Below are positions 43,300-55,018 of a DNA stretch of 64,000 nucleotides, in pieces. The position numbers and the translations under genes were made by a program. The notes beneath the pieces are model-generated. The model was not told where the DNA came from. It searched no databases and was given only the letters and a program-made list of their open reading frames with translations. Every line of letters starts with the position of its first letter. The stretch's first letter is position 1. The DNA comes from an uncultured delta proteobacterium (GTDB lineage Bacteria > Myxococcota > Kuafuiibacteriia > Kuafuiibacteriales > Kuafuiibacteriaceae). The stretch is taken from NCBI GenBank assembly GCA_963803435.1, contig CAWDML010000008.1, forward strand, positions 704,001 through 768,000, written 5' to 3'.

Positions 43300-44122
43300 A
43301 CGTCTCCCGTTCCGTCAGCGACTGCAGCGCGGCGGCGACCGATGCGCGCAGTTCTGCGGGAATCTCCCCGGTGGGCTTCGTCCGGCAGAGCGCGAGGGTA
43401 CCCCGGAGCGAATCACACCTGGCTCGACACCGAGCGCAGCCCTCGAGGTGCCGCTCCATCTCGGCGCAAACCTCACCGCCGATCTCACCCTCGAGGTGCT
43501 GGGAGAGCAGTAGGACGACGTCGGGACACGCGGGTGACGCCGACGGCTCCGTCACGCCGAGCAGCGGCGCGATCCGATCCCGAACCGCGAGCCGCGCCCG
43601 ATGGAGTCGGCTCTTGACGGCCGAAACGCTGATGCCCAGGACCTCGCCCACCTCCGGCGCCGTCAATCCCTCCGCATCCCGCAGGAGCAGCACCTCGCGG
43701 TACATCGGGTCGAGCGCTGCGATCGCGCGTTCCAGCGCGGCCTCCACTTCCCGGCTCGCGGCGGCCGACTCCGGATCGGGGGCCGGATCGGGAAGCGCGT
43801 GCGCGGCGGAGCTCGCCTCGGTCTCGAGGGAGTGCTCGCGGTCGGGGGCGAACTTGCTCTTCCGCCTCTTCTTGATGCAGTGGCTGCGCGCGATGGTGTA
43901 GAGCCACGTCGAGATCGAGGATGCACCCCTGAAGTCCCGAACGCCGCGGGCCATGGCCAGGAGGGTCTCCTGGAGCACGTCGCGGGCGTCCTCGGGATCG
44001 CGGCACATCCTCAAGCCGAAGCGGTAGATCTGCGGCTGGTGTCGAGCGAGGAGCTGCTCGAGCGCCCGCATGTCGCCCGTTCGCGCGGCCGCGAGGAGCG
44101 CCTGGTCGTCGGGCTCTGACAT
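43298..44122 (-). CDS. ECF sigma factor with fused C-terminal zf-HC2 (ZAS) domain
   Basis: DARDVLQE, STWLYTI, AVKSRLHRAR, then CPDV...HLEGE...HLEGCARC. Confidence 0.88.
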   Translation of the reverse strand: MSEPDDQALLAAARTGDMRALEQLLARHQPQIYRFGLRMCRDPEDARDVLQETLLAMARGVRDFRGASSISTWLYTIARSHCIKKRRKSKFAPDREHSLETEASSAAHALPDPAPDPESAAASREVEAALERAIAALDPMYREVLLLRDAEGLTAPEVGEVLGISVSAVKSRLHRARLAVRDRIAPLLGVTEPSASPACPDVVLLLSQHLEGEIGGEVCAEMERHLEGCARCRARCDSLRGTLALCRTKPTGEIPAELRASVAAALQSLTERET

Positions 44123-44172
44123 CTCGAGCTTCTCTCGCACAAGCGTTCGCTCGAGGCCACGGTCCTCGCGCC

Positions 44173-44201
44173 GAACCCCTTCGCGCCGGTCTGGCTCTCA
44201 C
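44173..44201 (+). promoter_or_regulatory. Candidate ECF promoter GAACCC-N14-GGCTC-TCAC
   Basis: Upstream of the GGAGG RBS of the persulfide dioxygenase; mirrors 43271-43299. Confidence 0.6.
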
Positions 44202-44220
44202 CCAGGTGAACGGAGGAAAA

Positions 44221-44904
44221 ATGCTCTTTCGCCAGCTCTTCGAGCCCGAGTCCAGCACCTACACATACCTGATCGCGCGCCGCACCGGAGCGGAGGCCCT
44301 GCTCATCGATCCCGTGAAGAAGGACCTCGACAAGTATCTCCGGCTCATCGCCGAGCTGGACCTGCGCCTCGTCTTCGCCGTCGACACCCACGTCCACGCC
44401 GACCACGTCACCGCGCTCGGTGCCCTCCGGGAGTCGACGCGCTGCACGACAATCATGGGGCGGGAGAGCCGCGCCGAGTGCGTCTCACGGAAGGTCACCG
44501 ACGGCGAGCGCATCGTGATCGACGGCCTCGAGCTCCGCGCGCTCCACACCCCCGGCCACACGGACGACTCGTACAGCTTCGCGATGAAAGACCGCGTCTT
44601 CACGGGCGACACGCTCCTGATCCGAGGAACGGGCAGAACGGACTTCCAAAACGGTGATGCGCGCGCGCAGTACCACAGCCTCTTCGACAAGCTGCTCGCT
44701 CTCCCCGACGAGACGCTCGTCTATCCGGGACACGACTACAAGGGTTGGACGGTCAGCACCATCGGCGAGGAAAGGGCGCACAACCCTCGTCTGCAGGTGA
44801 CCTCGGAGGCCGAGTACGTCGCCCTGATGCGCAACCTGAAGCTCGCCCACCCGAAGCTCATGGACGTCGCCGTCCCGGCAAACCTCATCTGCGGAGCGGC
44901 ATGA
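44221..44904 (+). CDS. Persulfide dioxygenase (ETHE1-like MBL fold)
   Basis: LFRQLFE..SSTYTYL, THVHADH, TPGHT, GTGRTDFQ, GHDYKG, AVPANLICG. Confidence 0.9.
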   Translation: MLFRQLFEPESSTYTYLIARRTGAEALLIDPVKKDLDKYLRLIAELDLRLVFAVDTHVHADHVTALGALRESTRCTTIMGRESRAECVSRKVTDGERIVIDGLELRALHTPGHTDDSYSFAMKDRVFTGDTLLIRGTGRTDFQNGDARAQYHSLFDKLLALPDETLVYPGHDYKGWTVSTIGEERAHNPRLQVTSEAEYVALMRNLKLAHPKLMDVAVPANLICGAA

Positions 44905-44905
44905 C

Positions 44906-45652
44906 GTGAATGCGCACCTCTTCGCCGCGTTCCTGCTGAGCGGTGCGATCGGCGCAGCGCTCGGGGCCCTCGGTGGAGGCGGCTCCATCCTCGCCGTGCC
45001 GGTGCTCGTCTACGTCGCGGGGCTGAGCGCGAGCGAAGCCGTCACGCTGTCCCTGGCGATCGTGGGAACGACGAGCTTGCTAGCGGGCTGGGCGCAGCAT
45101 CAAAGCGGCAAGGCCAGGCTCGGCGTCGCGCTCCCCTTCGCCGGATCGAGCGTCGTCGGCGCCCTGGCCGGGGCTCGACTCACACAGCTGGTCTCCGAGC
45201 GCGCGCTGATGCTGGCCTTCGCTGCGATGACGATCGTGGTCGGGAGCTGGATGCTGCGAACCAAAGGCAGCACGACGACCGGGCCGGCGACGCGCAGGCC
45301 CGCGGCGGCGATGGTCGTGGGTGCCGCCGTCGGTGTGCTCACCGGCTTTCTCGGCGTCGGGGGCGGCTTCTTGGTGGTGCCGGCGCTGATGGCGTTCGTG
45401 GGCCTCCAGATGGACGAAGCGATCGGCACCTCTCTGCTCGTCATCGCGATCAACAGCGCCGCCGGTTTGATCGGCCACCTCGGCACGACCCCGCTCGACC
45501 TCGGCATCGCCATCCCTTTCGTCGCCATCTCCACCGCGGGCGCCCTGGCCGGTGCGCGGATCGCGCGCCGGGTCTCCCTCGCGGGGCTCCGCCGCACGTT
45601 CGCCGTGTTCGTCATCGCCGTCGGCGCGGTGGTGAGCGCCGCGGCGTTCTGA
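44906..45652 (+). CDS. Sulfite exporter TauE/SafE family
   Basis: GGGGSILAVP and GVGGGFLVVP repeats, AIGTSL. Confidence 0.9.
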   Translation: MNAHLFAAFLLSGAIGAALGALGGGGSILAVPVLVYVAGLSASEAVTLSLAIVGTTSLLAGWAQHQSGKARLGVALPFAGSSVVGALAGARLTQLVSERALMLAFAAMTIVVGSWMLRTKGSTTTGPATRRPAAAMVVGAAVGVLTGFLGVGGGFLVVPALMAFVGLQMDEAIGTSLLVIAINSAAGLIGHLGTTPLDLGIAIPFVAISTAGALAGARIARRVSLAGLRRTFAVFVIAVGAVVSAAAF

Positions 45653-45862
45653 GGGTGGATCGGGTCACGCCGGATCCCGCGGCTCCACGACGTCGTTGAA
45701 CAGGTGCAGATCGTCGACGAGACGTGTCCGACTTCCCGAGCGCGGAGCCCGGCGGGCTGAGCGCCGGTGGGCGGGTCGGTAGCGGGTCAGGGTAGCACGC
45801 GCTGCCGGCTCAGTTTTCCGTGGAATCAGGCAGGCGGGACGGCCGAACGGGAGCGCGGGCGG

Positions 45863-47038
45863 ATGGCATCACCATTGCGACCGTCCGCGCCCGTGCGCGC
45901 GAAATCGCTCCCCTTGCTCCTCCTCGCAGGTTGGCTCGGCTGCACCGGCGCCGCGCCGGTCCTCCCCGACGGCGGCGGTACGGACGCCGGCACGCTCGCC
46001 GACGGCGGGCCCGACGACGGCGGTGGCGGTGGCGACGGCGGCAATGCCGGGCCGGATTTGCTCGATCCCTGTCCGCCGGGCGCGACCCGGCGGCCGTACT
46101 CGCTGTCCCCGATCGATCCGCTGCCCCCGCTGGGCGCGCTCCAGCTCCCAAACCTGATTCCCGGCACCATCCTGATCTCGGCCGGCGTCGGGGGAGAGCA
46201 CAGCGTACGGCTCGACCTGTGCGAGGTGAACGGCGAGCTGGCGCTCCACGGCGTGCTTTTCCGGGGCAACTCACTCGAGGCGGTCGAATGGTATCGGCTG
46301 GACGAGCTCGTCTCCGCGCCCCAGGAGCAGGTGATCGAGATCGACCAGGGCTTCGTCCGGGAGCACCGGCTCCCCCCGAGCGCGTTCTCGGTGGAGGGCC
46401 TGGCCGACGCACTGCAAGGTAACTTGCAAGCGCTGCGCGTCCGCTTCATCACCGAGTCCGGCCTGGTGATCCTCGGTCACGACGGCTTCCTCGCCGTCGC
46501 CCGCGGGCGGGTGGGGCCGAACACCATCGAGTACACCAACCTCGCCGTGGTCGTCGGTGGCCTCGCGGAAGGCGACGTCTTCGCCGGGCTCCCCTGCGGC
46601 TTCGAGGAGACCCTGCTCACCACCTCGTTCACCATGGCGACCGCGACCGTCGACGTCACCGCCTGCACCTTCCTCGGCAGCGGCATCACCACCGGCTACC
46701 GGATCACCGCGCTCGCGATCCAGGACTCGAGCCCCGAGCTCTCGACCGCCGAGCAGGCACGCTTCGAGTACTCTTCAGCGCCCGCCGTCGAGAGCGTGAT
46801 GAACTACGTCTTCAACCATCACAACGCCTGCGACTCCTTCGATCTCGTGCTCGACCACGCCGAGTACGCGGCGTCGGCATCTCCGTCGGCCGGATGCGGT
46901 GCGACCGTCCCCAACGCACCCGAGCGCAACTTCAACGAGGACCCGAGCAGCCCGGTCCTGTTCCGGATCCGCTACCACGGCGGTCCGTGGATGGACGGCG
47001 AGATTGCCGGCTGCCACCACTACCTCTTCTGTCCCTGA
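45863..47038 (+). CDS. Hypothetical lipoprotein
   Basis: WLGC lipobox, DAG/DGG linker, NHHNAC and CHH motifs. Confidence 0.7.
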   Translation: MASPLRPSAPVRAKSLPLLLLAGWLGCTGAAPVLPDGGGTDAGTLADGGPDDGGGGGDGGNAGPDLLDPCPPGATRRPYSLSPIDPLPPLGALQLPNLIPGTILISAGVGGEHSVRLDLCEVNGELALHGVLFRGNSLEAVEWYRLDELVSAPQEQVIEIDQGFVREHRLPPSAFSVEGLADALQGNLQALRVRFITESGLVILGHDGFLAVARGRVGPNTIEYTNLAVVVGGLAEGDVFAGLPCGFEETLLTTSFTMATATVDVTACTFLGSGITTGYRITALAIQDSSPELSTAEQARFEYSSAPAVESVMNYVFNHHNACDSFDLVLDHAEYAASASPSAGCGATVPNAPERNFNEDPSSPVLFRIRYHGGPWMDGEIAGCHHYLFCP

Positions 47039-47159
47039 CGCCTCGCCCGGGATGCTCCCGCTCGGCCGTCGTGCTGTCGGTGAGCCTCAGGACGGCCGCG
47101 CGTCGAGGTTCGCGCCGGGAGTGCGAAAGCTCTCCGGGAGACCTTCGAGAATCGAAGAC

Positions 47160-47460
47160 GCAGGCGTGAGCGCCGACCTTCCAATGGCGCAGCGGCGAAT
47201 CGGTGGTGATGCCTCCGCAGAGCAGCGGCGCGGCAGCCGCCGGGTCGAGGTTTGCCGGTAGCCGCAGGACGAAGCGGTCTTCGTACGACAAGTTCGGGCA
47301 GCACTCCTCGTGGTCTGCCTTGCACTCGTCGCAGGTGCCATCCGCGTCGGCGATGCAACCGACGCCCGCAAGATCGCCCTCTGCTTGAACTTTGTAACCT
47401 TGTCGCCGACGCGAGAGACCGTCCCGACGATTCTCGTGTCCCGGGGTGAACGGGGATGGG
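47160..47460 (-). pseudogene. Zn-dependent NADP alcohol dehydrogenase remnant
   Basis: Fragments PGHE, GVGC...CDEC, AAAPLLCGGITT.SPLRHWKVG spread across frames. Confidence 0.7.
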
Positions 47461-47560
47461 TGAGCGGCCTCTCGACCAATCTCGAGCGTGTCGTCGACCT
47501 GGTCTCAGCGTTGACGCGATCACGCGGGAAGAATTCCGACTCTTCGGTCGCTACAGCGAC

Positions 47561-48208
47561 ATGAAACCTGCCCGCTTTGCCTTCGCGTTCGCGCTGGTCG
47601 AATCAGGATGCGTCGGAGCCTCACGGCCCGTTCGCCAACTCGAGACCAATGATTGGATGGCCGGGGTCGACGTGGCCCTCCCCGGCGTCGCGGTCGTGCC
47701 GGACGTCGGCCTGTGGTTTCGCTACGCCCCCTGGACGTACCTCGACCTCACCTCGGGCGTGACCGCCGCAATTCCGGTGGACGGGGCCGGGTTCAGCGGC
47801 CTTGGCGAGGTGCGTGTCCACGTTCCGCTCGGGCCGCTCCGGCTCGTCCTCGCCGGTGAGGGCGAGCTCGGCCGCGTCAAGCCGAGCAGCCGGCGATGGA
47901 TCACCGCCTATCGTTTGCTGGGTTCGATCCGGCTCGTACTCGACACGTTCCGGACACAACCGTTTCTGGGCGGAAAAGGGGGGTTCGTATCCAACCTTCA
48001 TCTGGCGTCGGGTGATCTCTTCAACTCCCTCGAGATCGACCCGAATGGCGAGGGCCGATGGTACGGAGGTCTCGTCGGAGGGGTGGAGCACACCACCACC
48101 AGCGGCTGGACCTTCGGTGGGGCCCTCGACTTCGGCTGGTTTCACCACCCGCAAACCGGCGAGCGAGATGGAGCGGCCCTCACGTACAGCTTCTACGTCG
48201 GTTGGTGA
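47561..48208 (+). CDS. Hypothetical outer-membrane beta-barrel-like protein
   Basis: Signal-like start, alternating strands, terminal aromatic residue (YSFYVGW). Confidence 0.55.
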   Translation: MKPARFAFAFALVESGCVGASRPVRQLETNDWMAGVDVALPGVAVVPDVGLWFRYAPWTYLDLTSGVTAAIPVDGAGFSGLGEVRVHVPLGPLRLVLAGEGELGRVKPSSRRWITAYRLLGSIRLVLDTFRTQPFLGGKGGFVSNLHLASGDLFNSLEIDPNGEGRWYGGLVGGVEHTTTSGWTFGGALDFGWFHHPQTGERDGAALTYSFYVGW

Positions 48209-48262
48209 GCGCGAGCAGAGAAGATCGGGTGCACACGCGGTGTGGCGCAATCGTCGCGCGCC

Positions 48263-49369
48263 TCAGCCCTCGTGACTCTTCACTGTCTCGCCTCCGCCGA
48301 TGCTGCGCAGCGAGACGGTATTGTCGACGCCCGGGAACAGCGCCTTGAGGAAGGCGTTGCCCAGCAGGCTGAGGACGGCGGCCGAGACGCTCGGGTTAGC
48401 GGCGTCGATCGTCCCTTCGATGGGGATCTTGGTCGCGATCTGATCCTTCTTGTGATTTTCGAAGAGCTTCGAGACCGCGCTCACGAAGGCCTCCCAGGCC
48501 AGCTCGACCACGTTGTCGTGCGCGTCCTCCTCGCCCCCGAGGATCTCGACGTTCCTGAAGATCGGCTTCACATACCCGGTCACCCGCCGGTTCTTGGCGG
48601 CCACCTCGCCGAAGAAGCTGAAGCGCCCGCTCTTGAAGTCCACCTTGGCGTAGGCCTTCGCGAAGTCGTTCAGCTTCACCAGCGGGAACGAGCGCAGCGA
48701 GATGTTCATGTCCACCGCGGGGTGGGGATCGTCGAACATGTTGGCGCTCCCGGTGATCTTGAGCTCGGACGTGTCCTCCAGCTTGGCCGTGAGCGCGCCC
48801 TTGGTCGGGTGTTCGTCGGGCTTGTCGCCCGGCCGCGTGCGGATGTCGTCGACGATCACGTAGACCTGCTCGAGCACCACGTTCACCGGGGGCTTCTTGC
48901 GGATGTCCTTGAAGGTCACCTTGCCGTTGACCACCTCCAGGTGGTTCAGCTCCAGCGGCACCATCTGAGCGAGCTGCTCCTTGAAGTTGGGCGGCGGCTC
49001 GACCTGCGTGCTCCGCTCCGTCTTGGCCAGGACCACGTTGATCACGGGGTCCGTCACCTTCGCGTCCGCCACCAGCTTGCCCTCCAGCAGCGCGCCCCAC
49101 TGCAAGCCGATGACGATGTCCTTCACCGCGAAGTACGGGATTCGGTGCTCGGCCTGCCGCTTGAACAGGGCCAGGTTCTGCATCTCGTACTGGGCCTGGA
49201 TCACCGAGATGTCGACGTCGTCGACATGCCCGTAGTACTTGGGCATCTCCGAGAGCTTGGTGTTGATCACGTGGTTGAGCACGTAGGGCGCCGCGATCCG
49301 CGCGGCAGCGAGGACGACCACCAAACCGAGGACCACACCGAGCCCGATGCGCGCTGCCTTTCGCTTCAT
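48263..49369 (-). CDS. DUF748 domain protein
   Basis: N-terminal TM; GYVKP, IATKIPIEG, NAFLKAL. Confidence 0.8.
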   Translation of the reverse strand: MKRKAARIGLGVVLGLVVVLAAARIAAPYVLNHVINTKLSEMPKYYGHVDDVDISVIQAQYEMQNLALFKRQAEHRIPYFAVKDIVIGLQWGALLEGKLVADAKVTDPVINVVLAKTERSTQVEPPPNFKEQLAQMVPLELNHLEVVNGKVTFKDIRKKPPVNVVLEQVYVIVDDIRTRPGDKPDEHPTKGALTAKLEDTSELKITGSANMFDDPHPAVDMNISLRSFPLVKLNDFAKAYAKVDFKSGRFSFFGEVAAKNRRVTGYVKPIFRNVEILGGEEDAHDNVVELAWEAFVSAVSKLFENHKKDQIATKIPIEGTIDAANPSVSAAVLSLLGNAFLKALFPGVDNTVSLRSIGGGETVKSHEG

Positions 49370-49935
49370 CCGATCCGGAGGAGCAAGCGACGTGCCTAGC
49401 CGGGTTGTGGCGATCTGCGCCGCGCTCGGACCACCTAGGCGGCCGGATAGATCCGCCCCTCGAGAGACGCCTCCTTCAGAGTGAAGGTCGTGCCGGCGGT
49501 GTCGCCTGGATCGCATCGCTGGTGTTCACAAAGGTTCGAACCGTACGCGAGGTCCTGATGGCAGCGGGAGCGGGCGCGCCCCGAGCCCCGGATGCGAGCG
49601 CCGCTTCGCCTTGGTGAACGGGCAGAACGCCTTGCCGAGCATGGAGTAGCTCTACGCTCTCGTGACGCCACACGCCGGTCTCGCGACCGTCACGGTCGCC
49701 CTCGATCCGCGAGCGCGCGGCTCCGCGTCAGGCGTCGTATGATCGGCGCGACTTCGAAGCCAACCGTGGACCGCCGGATCCCCGACTTCGACTCCTGGTG
49801 CCCGGCTGCGCGACGGGCCGGCCGGGACGAAGCCCATGGACGGCACTGGCGTCGGGCAATGAGCCGCCGATCCGCCGCGCCGATGCGCATCGCGTACGTT
49901 CCTACGTCGACGTCGACCTGGGCTCCCTCCGGCCC

Positions 49936-50262
49936 TCATCGTCCGGCTCCCTCCTCCTCATCGCCGAACGCCGGCGACAGGTCGTGCAGACCTGGAGTCG
50001 TCAGCCGCTCGAGGTTCTTCATCGCCGCCCGATGCCATGGCTCCACGGCCAAGGCTGCACGCAAGAGATCCTGCGCGCGCCGATCCTCACCGCGCCGCTC
50101 GAGGAGAAGAGCCAAGAGGTTGTAGGCGTCACCCAGGTTTGGATCCAGCGCAAGCGCCTCACGGGCGAGGCGATCCGCATCTGCGCGGTGCCCCTCCCGA
50201 AGGGCCGCCCGGGCTGAGCCGACCAGCCTCAGATATTCGGGACTGAGCGTCCTGCCCCTCAT
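49936..50262 (-). CDS. Small TPR protein
   Basis: ALALDPNLGDAYNLL...AALAVEP..AAMKNLERL. Confidence 0.8.
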   Translation of the reverse strand: MRGRTLSPEYLRLVGSARAALREGHRADADRLAREALALDPNLGDAYNLLALLLERRGEDRRAQDLLRAALAVEPWHRAAMKNLERLTTPGLHDLSPAFGDEEEGAGR

Positions 50263-50345
50263 TCATCCCTCCCTTCTGCAGAGATGATCTCGACGAAGCC
50301 GAGCACTACGATCGCGATGGTCGCGGCCCAGAAGACCGTGACCAC
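50259..50345 (-). CDS. Candidate 28-aa membrane peptide
   Basis: VVTVFWAATIAIVVLGFVEIISAEGRDE*; ATGA overlap with the TPR gene. Confidence 0.45.
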   Translation of the reverse strand: MVTVFWAATIAIVVLGFVEIISAEGRDE

Positions 50346-50380
50346 AGCGCCACGCTAGCGGTCCGCGCGAAAGTGCGGCG

Positions 50381-50493
50381 TCAAGAGTCGCCGATGCGCC
50401 ATCAAGATCTCGTCAAGGGAGCGCTTTCTTGATGCGAGCTTGATGCCGATCGCCCGAAGCTTTTCACTACGCTGATTGCCCGTCCGCTAGGTT
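50381..50493. promoter_or_regulatory. Divergent promoter region with CTTGA direct repeats (putative KdpE sites)
   Basis: TCAAG at 50381/50402/50413; CTTGA at 50428/50439; TAGGTT at 50488. Confidence 0.6.
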
Positions 50494-50503
50494 TCGCTGC
50501 GAC

Positions 50504-50584
50504 ATGGATCTCGTCTACCTCCTCATCATCGCCGGCTTCTCTCTTCTCTCTTGGGGATTCCTGAAGCTGGCCGATCGCATCTGA
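50504..50584 (+). CDS. 26-aa hydrophobic peptide upstream of kdpF
   Basis: MDLVYLLIIAGFSLLSWGFLKLADRI*. Confidence 0.65.
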   Translation: MDLVYLLIIAGFSLLSWGFLKLADRI

Positions 50585-50597
50585 TCCGAGGCAACGC

Positions 50598-50690
50598 ATG
50601 GGACTTCTGACTTGGATGGGTGGCGGGTTGGCGGCACTCCTCCTGCTCTATCTCTTCGTCGTGCTCCTCTTCCCGGAGAAGCTCTCGTGA
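50598..50690 (+). CDS. kdpF: K+-transporting ATPase subunit F
   Basis: LLLYLFVVLLFPEK motif; GTGA overlap with kdpA. Confidence 0.88.
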   Translation: MGLLTWMGGGLAALLLLYLFVVLLFPEKLS

Positions 50691-52350
50691 TCGCCCATGC
50701 AGCCATCCTGCTGGTCGTGTACTTCGGCGGGATCGTCATGCTCGGCATCCCGCTGGGGCGCTACATGGCCAGGGTCTACTGCGGCGAGGCCACGACTGCA
50801 CAGCGGATCCTCGGCCCCTGCGAGCGCGCGCTCCATCGGGTCGCGGGCGTCAAGCCCTCGCAAGAGATGACCTGGAAGCAGTACGCGTACGCCGCGCTGG
50901 TCTTCAATCTGTTCGGCCTCCTCGCGGCCTACCTGATCCAGCGCGTGCAAGGCAGCCTGCCGCTCAACCCGCAAGACCTTCCTTCGGTGGGACCGGAGGT
51001 CTCGTTCAACACCGCCGTCAGCTTTGCCTCCAACACCAACTGGCAGGCCTACGGTGGCGAGACGACGATGAGCTACCTGACCCAGATGCTCGCGCTGACC
51101 GTCCAGAACTTCGTCTCGGCCGCCACCGGGATGGCGGTGATGGCGGCCGTGGTCCGTGGCTTTGCTCGAAAAAGCTCGAGCGAGCTCGGAAACTTCTGGG
51201 TCGACCTGATCAGGACGACCATCTACGTCTTGATCCCTCTCTCCTTCGTGTTCGCGCTGGTCCTGATCTCGCAAGGGGTGGTCCAGACCTTCGGCGGCCC
51301 GGTCACGGCGGGAGATCAGACGCTCGCGGTCGGGCCGGCCGCGTCCCAGATCGCGATCAAGCAGCTCGGCACCAACGGCGGCGGCTTCTTCAACGTCAAC
51401 TCTGCCCATCCGTTCGAGAACCCGACACCGTTGTCGAACTTCCTCGAGATGCTCGCGATCCTGCTGATCCCGGGAGCGCTCTGCTTCACGTTCGGGGAGC
51501 TGGTGAAGGATCGCAGACAGGGCTGGGCCCTCTTCCTCGGTATGACCGTCATCCTCCTTCCGCTGATGATCGGGACCATCGCCGCCGAGCAAGTCGGCAC
51601 TCCGGCGCTCTCGCCCAACATGGAGGGGAAGGAGGTCCGGTTCGGAATCGTCGAGTCGGCGATGTGGGCCAACGCCACCACGGCCGCGTCGAACGGCTCC
51701 GTGAACTCGATGCACGACAGCTACACGCCGCTCGGGGGGATGGCACCGATCTTCCTCATCGACCTCGGTGAGATCGTGTTCGGTGGCGTCGGCTCCGGGC
51801 TCTACGGCATCCTCCTGTACGCGATCGTCGCCGTCTTCATCGCCGGGCTGATGGTGGGCCGCACTCCGGAGTACCTCGGGAAGAAGATCGAGGCCTACGA
51901 GATGAAGATGGCGAGCCTCGGCATCCTGCTCCCTGCGGCCTCGGTGCTCGTCGGTACTGCGATCGCGTGCGTGACGAGGGAGGGCGTGGCCTCCGTCGCC
52001 AACCCCGGCGCCCACGGGTTCAGCGAGATTCTCTACGCCTTCTCCTCCGGATCGAACAACAACGGCTCTGCCTTCGCGGGCCTCACCGCCAGCGGGCCGT
52101 TCTATGCCACCGCGATCGGCATCGCCATGCTGATCGGGCGCTACTGGGTGATCATCCCCGCACTCGCCCTCGGCGGAAGCCTCGCCAAGAAGAAGCAGAT
52201 CCCGGTCTCGGCTGGGACGATGCCGACGCACGGGCCGATGTTCGTGCTGCTGCTCGTCGGCACCATCCTCCTGGTCGGCGCGCTCACCTTCGTCCCCGCG
52301 CTCGCGCTCGGGCCGATCGTCGAGCACTTGCAGATGATCGGAGCGAACCC

Positions 52351-52354
<4 letters not shown>
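50687..52354 (+). CDS. kdpA: K+-transporting ATPase subunit A
   Basis: [26 protein letters not shown]. Confidence 0.97.
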
Positions 52355-54438
<2,084 letters not shown>

Positions 54439-54448
54439 GGACGAAACC

Positions 54449-55018
54449 ATGATCCTGAGACCCGCGCTGACGTTGCTCCTCACCTTCACGCTGCTCTGCG
54501 GTGTCGTCTATCCGGCCGTGACGACGCTGCTCGGACAGACGATCTTCCCCCACCAGGCGAACGGCAGCCTCGTCGAGGTCGACGGCAAGGTGATCGGATC
54601 CTCGTTGATCGGGAAGCCCTTCACCGGGGACCGGTACTTCTGGTCGCGTCCCTCCGCGACCCCCGAGAAGCCGTACAATCCTTCCGCCTCGTCCGGCTCG
54701 AACCTGGGCCCGACGAACCCGACCCTCCTCGAGGCGGCCGGACAGCGCGCGAAGAGCTACGCCGCCGCCCAGGCGCGGGTCCCCGTCGACCTGGTCACCA
54801 GCTCGGCGAGCGGCCTCGATCCGCACATCTCACCCGAGGGCGCGCTGTTCCAGGTCGAGCGGGTCGCCCGCGCGCGCGGTCTTTCCCCGGAGCAGCTGCG
54901 GGCGATGGTGGAGCGACATGTGGAAGGACGGACCTTCGGGATCCTCGGTGAGCCCCGCGTCAACGTTCTCCTGCTCAACCTCGAGCTGGACCGCACGTCC
55001 ACCTCCGCCGATCGATGA
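54449..55018 (+). CDS. kdpC: K+-transporting ATPase subunit C
   Basis: QANGSL, SRPSA, SASGLDPHIS, VNVLLLNL. Confidence 0.97.
   Translation: MILRPALTLLLTFTLLCGVVYPAVTTLLGQTIFPHQANGSLVEVDGKVIGSSLIGKPFTGDRYFWSRPSATPEKPYNPSASSGSNLGPTNPTLLEAAGQRAKSYAAAQARVPVDLVTSSASGLDPHISPEGALFQVERVARARGLSPEQLRAMVERHVEGRTFGILGEPRVNVLLLNLELDRTSTSADR

Noticed and set aside
49530-49560. LAYGSNL, resembling a gamma-glutamylcyclotransferase start
   Set aside because: Too short and has no continuation; may be chance
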